Source of the DNA: Bacteroidia bacterium
Lineage (GTDB): Bacteria; Bacteroidota; Bacteroidia; NS11-12g; UBA9320
Reading direction: 5' to 3'
Assembly (NCBI GenBank): GCA_965216465.1
Contig: CBDCFW010000006.1
Location: forward strand, 704,001-768,000
Length of the DNA stretch: 64,000 bases
In this document: positions 21,344 through 32,189 of the stretch, piece by piece
Layout: each line of letters starts with the position of its first letter
Numbering within the stretch: the first letter of the stretch is position 1
Position numbers and translations under genes: made by a program
The notes under the pieces: model-generated
Database searches by the model: none
Told to the model about the DNA's origin: nothing
Seen by the model: the letters and a program-made list of their open reading frames with translations, nothing else

Positions 21344-21465
21344 AAACAAAGATAAAACAGCCACAAGTATTAAAAGTTTTTTAACTCGTTATGTATACTT
21401 TTGACATAATAACTCATATAATCGCTAAACAATTAGCACGTACCCCTGTTTATACATAGTTGTTA

Positions 21466-21924
21466 ATGAGCATTGAAAAAGACATAAAACAAAAGTCGTT
21501 CAAGACTGAAATTGAGAAGGCCGTTGTAAATATTAATTTCACCCAAAGCTATTTCGCTGGGTTGTTTAACGCATCGCTTAAAGATCACAACATCTCTATT
21601 CAACAATTTAATGTGCTTCGCATTCTAAAAGGGTCTCATCCAAATGCTGTATCGGTAAACGATATAACAGACAGAATGGTTGACAAGATGTCAAATGCAT
21701 CACGGCTTGTTGAAAAGCTTCGAATCAAAGGACTCGTTTGCAGAAACACTTGTAAGTTTGATAAACGACAAGTCGACGTCTCAATAACAGAACAAGGTGA
21801 AGAAGTTTTAGAAGTCTTAAACCAAAAAACACGAGGTGTATTGGCTCAACTAAATCACGTTAGCGACGAAGATCTCGCTCAACTTAACGATATTCTTGAT
21901 CGTTTACGAACCAATCATTCCTGA
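21466..21924 (+). CDS. MarR family transcriptional regulator
   Basis: QQFNVLRILKG, SNASRLVEKL and DKRQVDVSIT..G. Confidence 0.9.
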   Translation: MSIEKDIKQKSFKTEIEKAVVNINFTQSYFAGLFNASLKDHNISIQQFNVLRILKGSHPNAVSVNDITDRMVDKMSNASRLVEKLRIKGLVCRNTCKFDKRQVDVSITEQGEEVLEVLNQKTRGVLAQLNHVSDEDLAQLNDILDRLRTNHS

Positions 21925-22772
21925 ACTACAATAGTTGCATCGGTATAATGTGCAACTGAGAAATAACCCAATCCATTGTTTGAAATATTCGTGATTGGAT
22001 TGGTTGGTGGTGGATCAAAAGGTGAACCCGACCTGCTTAATTGTGCATTGAGATCAATAATGTATTGAAAATACTCCGGACTCAAATTAAACTGCTCTAT
22101 TACGACTGAATCGCCTGCTTCAAGGATAAACGGAAATGGCCTAGGTAAAATACCATCTGCTAAACCCTTGAGTGGATCATCTGGATCAATGTTTGGATTT
22201 AGGAACGTTACATCTCCAAACTCGTCATTCTCTAAAATTTCTCCAAATTGATCTTGGATCGTGTCGTTCTTATAGAATCTCCATTGGTAGCTGTCTCCAG
22301 CATAGTCATTCTCTTTGCCTTGAATAAAGACATAATAGCCCTCTTGAATAAAGCCATTTCCTTCCGGAAGATAGTACGACTCTATTAAGTCTATTGGAAA
22401 GCCATTTGGCATTACTTCTGCAGCCGTATACTCTTCTCCTTTATAATTGATTTGAAGTGTATATGTTTTCCCTGGAACACATTGATGAGCTTGTTCGCTT
22501 ACATAAATCCCCTTTGTTTGGTGATTTAACTGCACTTCAAATCCATCAGAATCCATAATTCGAACATTAGCATCTGCTACAGTTGTAACGGTGTCTTGGT
22601 CGAAGTATGGCTGAGATAGACTTAGCGTTACAATCCACGGTTGGTCTAAGTTCGTAATTTGGCCTCGTACAACCAGTTGAGGATCACCAGACGGAATCTC
22701 CAATTCAACAATCTTTTCGCAACCAGATAGAGCCAGTGCGGTTAGAAATAGATATAGTATAGTCTTCTTCAT
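21915..22772 (-). CDS. DUF4249 family lipoprotein (TBDR partner)
   Basis: Lipobox LSGC-EK; C-terminal TNISNNGLGYFS; directly downstream of the TBDR. Confidence 0.8.
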   Translation of the reverse strand: MKKTILYLFLTALALSGCEKIVELEIPSGDPQLVVRGQITNLDQPWIVTLSLSQPYFDQDTVTTVADANVRIMDSDGFEVQLNHQTKGIYVSEQAHQCVPGKTYTLQINYKGEEYTAAEVMPNGFPIDLIESYYLPEGNGFIQEGYYVFIQGKENDYAGDSYQWRFYKNDTIQDQFGEILENDEFGDVTFLNPNIDPDDPLKGLADGILPRPFPFILEAGDSVVIEQFNLSPEYFQYIIDLNAQLSRSGSPFDPPPTNPITNISNNGLGYFSVAHYTDATIVVQE

Positions 22773-22773
22773 T

Positions 22774-25143
22774 TTAAAATTCAAAGTTCCAGGTTATTGC
22801 AGGGATTATTTTAAACAACGTTGTTTGAAAAGCAGCCGTCTCGCCAACATTTGCGTCAGGAAATTTCTCCAAATCAGTTTCAGCTACCTCTCTGAAGTAG
22901 ATGGCGTATGGATTTTCTCTATTGTACAGATTATATACTGAGAAATTCCAATTGCTTTTAAATTTCTTATCGGGCTTTTCTTTCGATTTAATCGTTAAAC
23001 CAAAATCCGCTCTATGGTATGCAGGAATTCTATAGTTGTTTCGCGTACCGCTATATAATGGAACCCAATCACCTTCGAAAGAATATTTTCCTGTTGGAGT
23101 AGTCAATGGCTGACCTGATGAGTACACAAAAGATGCAGTTGCCAATATTCTCTTGGTAAACTTTTGCGTGAATACTAATGATAAGTTGTGTCTCCTATCG
23201 AAGTTAGCCACATAAGGGTCCCCAAAGCTTATGCCATCAATTTGGCGCATTGTTTTTGCCCAGGTGTAAGATAAAAAGCCTGAAGATTTTCCTTCAGATC
23301 TTCCTAAATAAAATTCTGCTCCGTAAGCCCATCCTTTACCAAAGAGTAATTCTCCATCCAAATTCTCATTAAATGCAATCGCAGCATTGTCTCGATAATC
23401 AATCTGGTTTTGCATCCATTTGTAATACACTTCGACTGACGACTCAAAGCCATGTTCGAAGTTCTTGAACAATCCAACGGCTGTTTGATCAGCAATCTGT
23501 GGTTTAATATTTTGGTTCACACTAAACCATTGGTCAGTTGGGAACGATGATGCAGTATTGGTAGCTTGTTGAATATATTGAAAAGTTCTGTTGTAAGATG
23601 CTTTAATGGCCATGGTAGTCGACAAATTGTAGCTGACTGAAGCTCTTGGTTCTAATCCAGCATAAGTATTATAGAATTCATTTTGACCATAAACTGAAGT
23701 ATCTGTCAAGTCAACTATTGGTTTGTTGTTTTCATCTTTTGTATAAGCAAACTCAGTACCACCAATATTAGAAAAAGTGGAAACACGAAGCCCGTATCGA
23801 ACATTCAATCGTTCATTAAACTTATACTCATGGTCAATGTACCAGCCGCTTTCAAAAGCTCGTCTTTCTTCAAGTTGAAGTTCTTGGAAAAATGCTTCAG
23901 ATTCTTCGTTCAAAGGCTTAAATAAACCCGGATTGAATTTGTGATGAATCAATTGGGTTCCAAAGTTTAGTTTGCTATTCTGGCTTATGAAGTTTGTCCA
24001 ATCTGACTTCAAATACACATCTTTAATTGATTGGTCGAGACCAAATTCAGCGTTCTTGGCAAATTTCACCTCAAACCCATAGTTGAAATCGCTGTATACC
24101 AATGAGGTATTCACGAACATTTTGTCGTTTACTAAATGGTTCCATCTAATTGTAGAAGTTGCATTCCCCCAGTTCAGTCCAAACAATTCACTCAAGCCAA
24201 GTACATCTCTTCCGAAATATCCACTTACATAGAGTCGGTCTTTATCGCTTAATTGGTAGTTTGCTTTTAAGTTTAAATCGTAGAAATACAGGCGGCTTTC
24301 TTGTACAGTTTCATCAGGTGCTAATGGCAAGAATAAATCAGCGTAACTTCTTCTTCCGGCAACCATAAAACTTGATACATCTTTCTTAATTGGGCCTTCT
24401 AAGGTTAATCTACTTGAAATTGTTCCTATTCCACCAATACCTGCAAAACGTTTGCTGTTACCATCTCGCATTTTTATATCGACAATTGACGAAAGCCTGC
24501 CGCCATATTTGGCAGGAATTCCTCCTTTGTAAACTTCCAAATCTTTTACAGCATCTCCGTTGAACACGCTAAAAAAACCTAAGAGGTGTGAAGCGTTGTA
24601 TACTGTAGCTTCATCAAGCAAGATGAGGTTTTGATCTTGCGACCCTCCCCGAACATTGAAGCCTGAATTTCCTTCACCTGCTGATTGTATTCCGGGTAGA
24701 AGCGTGATTGTTTTCAGAATATCTACTTCCCCAAAAATTACCGGAATCTCTTTGATCTTAGCTGTCTCCATTTTGACAACACTAATCTTTTTGTTCTCTA
24801 CCCTTTTTTCTAAGCCTTTTGCTGATACAATCGCAGCATCAATTACACTTGCCGTCTCTTTAAGCTCAATGTTGATTGTTTTATTCTCGTTGAGATCAAT
24901 GGTCTTAGTTACATTTCCATAACCGAGGTAACTGTATGTTATTTCATAAGTCCCTTTTTCTAAAGTAATGGAGTAAAATCCATATTCGTTGGTTAAAGCT
25001 CCTCCGCCTCCCTTCACGGCCGCAACAGCCCCAATCAGGGTTTCACCATTTGAAGCATCTTTAACCCTTCCAGAAATTGAATATTTTTGAGCATAGACTC
25101 CAAAGGTCAATACCAAACCAATAACAGCTGTAATTAGTCTCAT
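22774..25143 (-). CDS. TonB-dependent receptor (CarboxypepD-like + plug + barrel)
   Basis: GETLIGA, VRGGSQDQNLILLD, YGGRLSS; C-terminal WNFEF. Confidence 0.92.
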   Translation of the reverse strand: MRLITAVIGLVLTFGVYAQKYSISGRVKDASNGETLIGAVAAVKGGGGALTNEYGFYSITLEKGTYEITYSYLGYGNVTKTIDLNENKTINIELKETASVIDAAIVSAKGLEKRVENKKISVVKMETAKIKEIPVIFGEVDILKTITLLPGIQSAGEGNSGFNVRGGSQDQNLILLDEATVYNASHLLGFFSVFNGDAVKDLEVYKGGIPAKYGGRLSSIVDIKMRDGNSKRFAGIGGIGTISSRLTLEGPIKKDVSSFMVAGRRSYADLFLPLAPDETVQESRLYFYDLNLKANYQLSDKDRLYVSGYFGRDVLGLSELFGLNWGNATSTIRWNHLVNDKMFVNTSLVYSDFNYGFEVKFAKNAEFGLDQSIKDVYLKSDWTNFISQNSKLNFGTQLIHHKFNPGLFKPLNEESEAFFQELQLEERRAFESGWYIDHEYKFNERLNVRYGLRVSTFSNIGGTEFAYTKDENNKPIVDLTDTSVYGQNEFYNTYAGLEPRASVSYNLSTTMAIKASYNRTFQYIQQATNTASSFPTDQWFSVNQNIKPQIADQTAVGLFKNFEHGFESSVEVYYKWMQNQIDYRDNAAIAFNENLDGELLFGKGWAYGAEFYLGRSEGKSSGFLSYTWAKTMRQIDGISFGDPYVANFDRRHNLSLVFTQKFTKRILATASFVYSSGQPLTTPTGKYSFEGDWVPLYSGTRNNYRIPAYHRADFGLTIKSKEKPDKKFKSNWNFSVYNLYNRENPYAIYFREVAETDLEKFPDANVGETAAFQTTLFKIIPAITWNFEF

Positions 25144-25264
25144 CTTGTATGCAAACGTATGAGCGAAACAAAAAGTTTCAGCTATCTCTCGTTAATAATT
25201 GTGTAAAATAAGACGAACAGAAAAAGCTGACGGTTAGAAGATTATTTGATATTTGCCGAACACT

Positions 25265-26227
25265 ATGGTCTACATCTTATTTGTAATAGGATTTGTAATC
25301 TTAATAAAAGGAGCAGATTTCTTGGTTGTGGGGTCCGCTTCAATAGCCAAAAAGTACAACATTTCAGATATTGTTATTGGGCTAACCATTGTTTCAATGG
25401 GAACTTCAATGCCTGAGTTGATAGTAAACATCATTGCCAGTAGTGTAGACTCTTCAGATATTGCTATTGGCAATGTGGTAGGGTCTAATATTTCAAACAT
25501 TTTACTCATTCTAGGAGTGGCCGCTTTAATCTATCCTTTAACCATAAAGAATAGCACTGTTTATTCCGAAATACCCTATTCAATAATCGCTTTGCTCTTA
25601 GTTGCCGTCTCTGCGAACGTTGCATTCTTTGGTGAAGCTAAGATGTTTGAAATAAGCAGAATAGATGGGGTTTTGTTAATGCTATTCTTTGCTCTTTTCA
25701 TGGGGTACATTATTAAACTTGCAAAAGAGGGAAGGACCGATTTGGTTGAAGAAGCCCCTTCTGAATTGTTATCCATGCAAAAGGCTATTGTATTTGTACT
25801 GCTTGGTATATTGGGTCTATTCTTTGGCGGGAAGTGGGTTGTTGATGGGGCAGTTCACATTGCTGCTCAATTCGGACTTTCTGAAAAGCTTATTGGTTTA
25901 ACCGTCGTGGCCATTGGTACTTCACTACCCGAATTGGTAACATCGGCAGTAGCTGCCACTAAGAAAAATACAGATATAGCAATAGCAAATGTTGTAGGTT
26001 CAAATATTTTCAACTTGCTTTGGGTACTCGGAATCAGTGCCATGATTAGACCGCTTAGCTATGATCCTTCTATCAATGCGGATATGCTAATTCTTTTGGG
26101 AGCAACCTGCTTAATTATCTTCAGCTTGATAACCGGAAAGTCAAAAAATCAAATTGGCAAACCGACAGGAATTTTCTTCTTGGCTTCGTACATTGCTTAC
26201 ATGGTATTTCTAATTTGGAGAGGATAA
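25265..26227 (+). CDS. Na+/Ca2+ antiporter (CaCA, YrbG-like)
   Basis: Duplicated GTS(M/L)PEL and NVVGSNI alpha repeats. Confidence 0.92.
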   Translation: MVYILFVIGFVILIKGADFLVVGSASIAKKYNISDIVIGLTIVSMGTSMPELIVNIIASSVDSSDIAIGNVVGSNISNILLILGVAALIYPLTIKNSTVYSEIPYSIIALLLVAVSANVAFFGEAKMFEISRIDGVLLMLFFALFMGYIIKLAKEGRTDLVEEAPSELLSMQKAIVFVLLGILGLFFGGKWVVDGAVHIAAQFGLSEKLIGLTVVAIGTSLPELVTSAVAATKKNTDIAIANVVGSNIFNLLWVLGISAMIRPLSYDPSINADMLILLGATCLIIFSLITGKSKNQIGKPTGIFFLASYIAYMVFLIWRG

Positions 26228-26325
26228 GCGTGCTAAGTATTTGCATCACCTTTCCTGAACTCAAATAGTCCTCTGAGTAATTCCTTTTAAGTATTTTGTT
26301 TTCAGTTATTTAACTTAGCTGCATT

Positions 26326-27900
26326 ATGAAACAACTTTACTCAATCTCCATTTTGCTAATGATTTCTTTCACCGCATTAGCACAAACACAATCTGCCGAT
26401 TTAGACCATAACAATACGCGTGTTAAAATCCTAAATGGCGGTGATTTCTTTTGGGATCTGAACAGTGCACGATATGAAGTACCAAAAGTTGATGATGTGA
26501 ATGCAAAAAGATCTCATACCATATTTTCAGGTGCGATTTGGATAGGAGCAGAAGACCCTAGTGGGAATGTACATTTAGCAGCCATGACCTACCGCCAACG
26601 GGGCCAAGATTTTTACCCAGGACCCGTGTCGAACGACCAAGAAGCGTCAAATGATAACTACGACTTAATTTGGAAAATAGACCGCCAAACGGTTGACGAG
26701 CATATTGACGATTTTAAATCAAATGGCTCGGTCTCTAATCCTGATCCTGCAATTAAAGAATGGCCAGCACATGGTGACACCACAATCGGTGAGCCATATT
26801 ATCTAGCTCCATTTGTTGATCACAACCTGAATGGCACTTATGATCCTGAAAACGGAGACTATCCATGTTTTCCTGGAGAGGTGGCTTTGTATTGTGTTTA
26901 TAATGCCAATGGTCTGCATACAGAAACAGGAGGTAACGCCATGAAAATTGATGTTCACCAAATGTTCTACCAAGAAACTCCTGGTGTTCATCAAGGGAAG
27001 TATAATGAGGTTAATCTGGCACAATTTAAAATTGTTAATCGTTCTGAAACCACCTATAGCAATGTAAAAGTTGGCTTATATATCGATTTTGACATCGGCA
27101 ACTACGCTGACGACTTTATTGGTTGTGACAGTGCAACCAACATGATATTTGGCTACAACGGTGATGACAATGATGAAGGTGCAATAGGATATGGCTTCAA
27201 CCCCCCTGCTCAAAACATGATGTTTTTGAACAAGCCGTTATATGCCGGTACATATTACAATAACAATGCTAATCCCATAAACGGTAATCCGGTAAGTGCA
27301 TCAGATTATTACAACTATTTATGTGGTAGGTGGAAAAACGGTAATCCGTTCAATTATGGAGGAGATGGAATTACCAGTGGTACTTACCATACCCGTTATA
27401 TGTTTAGCGGTGATGTTGATTCAGACAGTTCATGGAATGAAATCAACAGCCAAAACACTCCTGCAGATAGAAGGTTTCTAGGTACGGCATGGCCTTTTGA
27501 TTTAGCACCTGGAGAATCTGAATGCGTGGATGTTGCATTTGTCTATGCACGAGAAGACTTTGGTGGACCTAAACAGGCTGTAAAATCTATGAAGCAGCTT
27601 GCTGAACAAGTTCAACAACGATACGATCAGAATACATATGGTTGGAAGGATTGCAACTGTGGCCAATCAAGTGCCAATGTTACCGACATTGAAATTGCAA
27701 AGATTTCTATATATCCCAACCCTGCCGATGAGTCCATTACTATAGAAGGAAACTTAGGCGATTTTGAATTGATTAACAGCCTAGGTAACGTTGTAAATCG
27801 TTATGAATCAACGATTAAGCATATTGACATGAGCAAATTGCCAAGCGGTGTTTATTACATCCGTTCTGCAATTGGAAGTAAGAAAATTATTAAACTATAA
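26326..27900 (+). CDS. Secreted T9SS (type A CTD) protein of unknown function
   Basis: Signal peptide ALA-Q; IYPNP...GVYYI...KKIIKL CTD; DxNxNGxYD Ca-binding-like motif. Confidence 0.8.
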   Translation: MKQLYSISILLMISFTALAQTQSADLDHNNTRVKILNGGDFFWDLNSARYEVPKVDDVNAKRSHTIFSGAIWIGAEDPSGNVHLAAMTYRQRGQDFYPGPVSNDQEASNDNYDLIWKIDRQTVDEHIDDFKSNGSVSNPDPAIKEWPAHGDTTIGEPYYLAPFVDHNLNGTYDPENGDYPCFPGEVALYCVYNANGLHTETGGNAMKIDVHQMFYQETPGVHQGKYNEVNLAQFKIVNRSETTYSNVKVGLYIDFDIGNYADDFIGCDSATNMIFGYNGDDNDEGAIGYGFNPPAQNMMFLNKPLYAGTYYNNNANPINGNPVSASDYYNYLCGRWKNGNPFNYGGDGITSGTYHTRYMFSGDVDSDSSWNEINSQNTPADRRFLGTAWPFDLAPGESECVDVAFVYAREDFGGPKQAVKSMKQLAEQVQQRYDQNTYGWKDCNCGQSSANVTDIEIAKISIYPNPADESITIEGNLGDFELINSLGNVVNRYESTIKHIDMSKLPSGVYYIRSAIGSKKIIKL

Positions 27901-28872
27901 GTCAAATACGGCTTTTAAAAGCGTCTCTCCAACTGCATTCAAAGACTTCTTGTCAATTGACTCCATGTTGTCTTTGTGTGTATGCCAGAAATCACCAAAG
28001 CCAGTTTTGTCACTTGCATTATAATGAATAATATCAAGTGTAGGAATACCTATTATGGTATTAATAAAGTAGTGGTCATCTACAAGACTTCCTCCTTGAT
28101 AATTTACAAAAGTACCACCGTGACCTAACGACGCTGCTTTTTGCCAAACATCTATAACATACGGCTTTGCAAACTGCCATGAGTGACCTTCAACAGCGAA
28201 TACCGCATCTTTAGGTCCAACCATATCCAACAAAATTCCATAGCGAGCTACGTAATTTTCTTGGTGTGGATTTTTCGCCCAATATTGAGATCCCAAGCAC
28301 CAGGTCTCAGCTCTTCCTTGGCGTTCTCCCATATCTTCGGCATCAAAGAAAACAATGTCAACACCTGCATCTGGACGTTGTGCCTGAAGCTGCCTTGCAA
28401 TTTCAATCAATACACCTACACCACTTGCACCATCGTTTGCACCATCGGCTGGTTCTGTTGGATTGTCTGGGTCTTCATCGGCTTGCGGACGAGTATCCCA
28501 ATGAGCACAAAGCAAAATGCGCTTGCTTTTCTCCGGGTTGAATACACCAATTACATTCTTGATTTCAATATTTAGGTTACGAAATCCTGCAATGTTTCCG
28601 TGCTGGGTGAAGGCTGTATCACAAAACTTAGCTAATTGATTTTGTAAGTAAATAGCACATTCTCCATGTGCCATCGTTCCAGGAACTCTTGGACCAAAAT
28701 CTACCTGATCTTGAACATATTGATAAGCACTATCTTCATTAAAAACAATAGAATATGTTTCTTTTGGTGGCTGTGGATCAACAGGTTGTTCACCCCCTCC
28801 ACCGTTATTCTCATTCGTTGTATTGCAAGCTGCCAGTACAAGCAGTACCAATAATTTTATTGAATTTCTCAT
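27895..28872 (-). CDS. Glutaminyl cyclase / M28 family lipoprotein
   Basis: Lipobox LAAC; FGPRVP, AHWDTRP, GANDGASGV, FFDAED, DDH and WHT. Confidence 0.85.
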   Translation of the reverse strand: MRNSIKLLVLLVLAACNTTNENNGGGGEQPVDPQPPKETYSIVFNEDSAYQYVQDQVDFGPRVPGTMAHGECAIYLQNQLAKFCDTAFTQHGNIAGFRNLNIEIKNVIGVFNPEKSKRILLCAHWDTRPQADEDPDNPTEPADGANDGASGVGVLIEIARQLQAQRPDAGVDIVFFDAEDMGERQGRAETWCLGSQYWAKNPHQENYVARYGILLDMVGPKDAVFAVEGHSWQFAKPYVIDVWQKAASLGHGGTFVNYQGGSLVDDHYFINTIIGIPTLDIIHYNASDKTGFGDFWHTHKDNMESIDKKSLNAVGETLLKAVFDL

Positions 28873-30347
28873 TAATTTAGTTTGTAAGAACTTCCTTCTT
28901 TGCCGTCCATAATTTCAATTCCAGCTGCTTTCAAGTCGTCTCGAATTTTATCAGCAGTAGCCCAGTCTTTATTGGTTTTCGCTTCAGATCTGATATCTAA
29001 AACCAGTTGCATTACCGCATCAATTTTATCTGAATTGCCTGAATCTTCCATCTTCAACCCAAGAATTACAAAAACAAAGTCGTTGAAAGTTCTTTGTAAC
29101 AACTCTAAATCTGTTGCATTTATTTTAAGCTTCCCTGCATCAATCTCGTTAATCCATTTTGAGGCATCAAACAATGCTGCAACAACCTGCGGGGTTGCCA
29201 GGTCTTCATTCATTAGATCGTACAGCTTGGTTCTCCACGCTTCAACATCAATGTCACTAGCATCAGAAGGTTTTAATCCATTCAATTTCCCAGCGGCACT
29301 CATTAGTCTTTTGTATCCTTTTTCAGCTGCAAGCAACGCTTCGTTTGAGAAGTCTAATGTACTTCTGTAATGAGCTTGCAATAAGAAGAAACGCAAGGTC
29401 ATCGGACCATATGCCTGGTCTAACAAGTGATGGTTACCCGAAAACAACTCTTCAATCAAAATTCCATTGTTCAGGCTCTTGGCCATTTTTTGACCGTTAA
29501 TGGTAATCATGTTGTTATGCAGCCAGTAGTTTACAGGTTGCTTATGATTACATGCTGTGCTTTGTGCAATTTCACTTTCGTGATGAGGGAATAATAAATC
29601 CATTCCACCTGCGTGAATATCAAATTGACCCCCTAGATATTTTCTTCCCATCGCAGAGCACTCCAAATGCCATCCTGGAAATCCAGCTCCCCAAGGGCTA
29701 TTCCAACGCATGATGTGTTCTGGACTCGCCTTTTTCCAAAGTGCAAAGTCATTTGGGTTCTTTTTCTCATCCTGACCCTCAAGTGTTCTCCGCTCTTCTC
29801 CAGCACCCGCAATTAGGTCTTCTATCTTTCTTCCGCTTAACTTTCCATAGTCATTGGTTTCGGCATACTTTATCACATCAAAATAAACCGAGCCATTACT
29901 CTCATAGCCAAATCCCGCTGCAATGATTTCTTCGATCATTTCAATTTGCTCAATGATATGACCAGAAGCACGTGGCTCAATGCTAGGAGGAAGAATATTC
30001 ATCTTATTTAATGCATTGTGATAGGCATTTGTATAGACTTGAACTACTTCCATTGGCTCAATTTGATTGAGCTTGGCGATTTTTCCAATTTTGTCTTCAC
30101 CTTCGTCTGCATCGTTCACCAAATGGCCAACATCGGTAATGTTTCTCACATAGCGAACTTTAAAATCCTTATGAGTCAAATAACGGAAAAGCACATCCAT
30201 TAACACAGCTCCACGACTGTGCCCTAAATGTGGGTCTCCATAAACTGTAGGACCACATAAATACATTCCTACAAACGGTGGGTTTATGGGTTTAAACTCT
30301 TCGATGCTCCTAGAAAGTGTATTGTATAATTTGAGTCCTTTTGACAT
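28872..30347 (-). CDS. cysS: Cysteine--tRNA ligase
   Basis: [23 protein letters not shown] and KMAKS. Confidence 0.97.
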   Translation of the reverse strand: MSKGLKLYNTLSRSIEEFKPINPPFVGMYLCGPTVYGDPHLGHSRGAVLMDVLFRYLTHKDFKVRYVRNITDVGHLVNDADEGEDKIGKIAKLNQIEPMEVVQVYTNAYHNALNKMNILPPSIEPRASGHIIEQIEMIEEIIAAGFGYESNGSVYFDVIKYAETNDYGKLSGRKIEDLIAGAGEERRTLEGQDEKKNPNDFALWKKASPEHIMRWNSPWGAGFPGWHLECSAMGRKYLGGQFDIHAGGMDLLFPHHESEIAQSTACNHKQPVNYWLHNNMITINGQKMAKSLNNGILIEELFSGNHHLLDQAYGPMTLRFFLLQAHYRSTLDFSNEALLAAEKGYKRLMSAAGKLNGLKPSDASDIDVEAWRTKLYDLMNEDLATPQVVAALFDASKWINEIDAGKLKINATDLELLQRTFNDFVFVILGLKMEDSGNSDKIDAVMQLVLDIRSEAKTNKDWATADKIRDDLKAAGIEIMDGKEGSSYKLN

Positions 30348-30372
30348 GTGTGCAAAAATACACCTGCTTATC

Positions 30373-30945
30373 CTATTTCCGATAAACTACTTTTTCCTTC
30401 CAACCTGACCGTTGCCTATTAGGTAAATCATCGTAGTCTTTTATTGTTCCAACATAAAAAATACCTAGGCACCGTTCATCCGAATCAAGATTTAAAAAGT
30501 TATGAAATTGTGGCCCAAGGCTATAATTAGGTGTACTCCAATACCCTCCATACTTTTCAGTAGAAGAAAGATAGGTCCACATATTTTGAACAGCCATTGC
30601 CACAGCGGCAATCTCTTCAAACTCAGGAATTATTTCGTGACGTTTCATGCATATCGCTACAATATGACTCACTTGGTCTTTACGCTCATCAAACTGCTGA
30701 ACTTTAGCGGGTTTAAATTTTGAGGCATCCGTTTCCTTTACATAACACGTTTTGCAAAGCTCGAGTAAGTCGTTTTTGGCTTGGCCTTCATATACATGAA
30801 ATCGCCAGGGCTCCGTGTGCTTGTGAGTAGGAGCCCAATTTGCCATTTCAAGCATCTTGTCAATAATGTTATTCGGCACAATTTCTCCTGAAAACTGTTT
30901 AGGATAGATTGCTCTTCGGTTTACAATAGCTTCTTCTATGTTCAT
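30373..30945 (-). CDS. Nitroreductase (YdjA-like)
   Basis: [17 protein letters not shown] and AVQNM; ATG 30945 preferred. Confidence 0.88.
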   Translation of the reverse strand: MNIEEAIVNRRAIYPKQFSGEIVPNNIIDKMLEMANWAPTHKHTEPWRFHVYEGQAKNDLLELCKTCYVKETDASKFKPAKVQQFDERKDQVSHIVAICMKRHEIIPEFEEIAAVAMAVQNMWTYLSSTEKYGGYWSTPNYSLGPQFHNFLNLDSDERCLGIFYVGTIKDYDDLPNRQRSGWKEKVVYRK

Positions 30946-31037
30946 ATCAACCAATTTTATTGTGCTATAAGCAAACAAATTTATTAATACGACGTACTAT
31001 TAGTAGTTTTGTTCATCATTAATTAAAAAAAGAAATT

Positions 31038-31640
31038 ATGTCATTTGAATTACCAAGTTTGCCTTATGCACATGACGCATTAGAGCCACACATTGATACA
31101 CGTACCATGGAAATTCACCATGGAAAGCACCATGCTGGCTACACCAATAATTTAAACAACGCAATAGCAGGAACTGATTTAGAAGGAAAATCTATCGAAG
31201 ATATCCTGACCAATCTTGATATGTCTAACAATGCAGTTCGTAACAACGGTGGAGGATTTTACAACCACTCATTGTTCTGGTCTGTTATGAGTCCAAACGG
31301 TGGAGGAACACCTTCAGGAGACTTAGGTGCTGCAATTGATCGCGACTTTGGAAGCTTCGATGCTTTTAAAGATGCCTTCTCAAAAGCAGCTGCAACACGA
31401 TTCGGTTCAGGATGGGCTTGGCTTTGTGTTAAAGACGGAAAATTAGAAGTTTGTTCAAGTGCAAACCAAGACAATCCTTTAATGGATGGAATTGGTTGCG
31501 GAGGAACACCTATTCTTGGATTAGACGTTTGGGAGCATGCATACTACCTAAACTATCAAAACAGAAGACCAGATTACGTTTCAGCATTCTTTAACGTAAT
31601 TAACTGGGATGAAGTTGCTCGCAGATTTGCTGCAGCATAA
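31038..31640 (+). CDS. Fe/Mn superoxide dismutase
   Basis: HHGKHH, NHSLFW, FGSGWAW and DVWEHAYY; metal specificity cannot be called. Confidence 0.96.
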   Translation: MSFELPSLPYAHDALEPHIDTRTMEIHHGKHHAGYTNNLNNAIAGTDLEGKSIEDILTNLDMSNNAVRNNGGGFYNHSLFWSVMSPNGGGTPSGDLGAAIDRDFGSFDAFKDAFSKAAATRFGSGWAWLCVKDGKLEVCSSANQDNPLMDGIGCGGTPILGLDVWEHAYYLNYQNRRPDYVSAFFNVINWDEVARRFAAA

Positions 31641-31662
31641 TCATCTAACACATATTTATTGA

Positions 31663-31698
31663 GAACCCAGATGCTTTTGTATCTGGGTTTTTATTTTT
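31663..31698 (+). terminator. Intrinsic terminator after sod
   Basis: AACCCAGAT...ATCTGGGTT followed by a T-run. Confidence 0.8.
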
Positions 31699-31703
31699 GT
31701 AAC

Positions 31704-32189
31704 ATGAAATTCATTCAGTGGTTCGTATATCTTCTATTCTGTGCGGCACTGATTTGGTTTGCATTTATACGTATTCCAAATCAGGTTGACAACCTTGAAC
31801 CACAAGAAGATGTGAATGAAGATGAGTTCGCAGAGTTCACACAAGAGGAGCTTATTCCTGAAGATGAAAATCTTGAAGAAGAAGCTGTCATAGATAGCTT
31901 TGTTGAAGACACCTTTGAGTACACCGACTTTGAATCATTTGAGGATGAGACCGTAAGTCCTGAACCCGAAATTCAATCGTATATTGTTGTGGCAGGAAGC
32001 TTCGGAACGCAATCTAACGCCGATAAAATGGTCAACCAGCTTTCTAACCAAGGCGTCAATGCCGAAGTTCAAGAAATTGGAGGAATGTTTCGCGTAATTG
32101 TAGGATCAGGAAACTCGATGGTAGAGGCTAATGCCATAGTAAATGACATGAGCTCTTCTGGAATTCAATCTTTCGTTATGAAGCGTTAA
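31704..32189 (+). CDS. SPOR-domain membrane protein
   Basis: TM helix, acidic linker, then YIVVAGSFGTQSNA...FRVIVG. Confidence 0.8.
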   Translation: MKFIQWFVYLLFCAALIWFAFIRIPNQVDNLEPQEDVNEDEFAEFTQEELIPEDENLEEEAVIDSFVEDTFEYTDFESFEDETVSPEPEIQSYIVVAGSFGTQSNADKMVNQLSNQGVNAEVQEIGGMFRVIVGSGNSMVEANAIVNDMSSSGIQSFVMKR

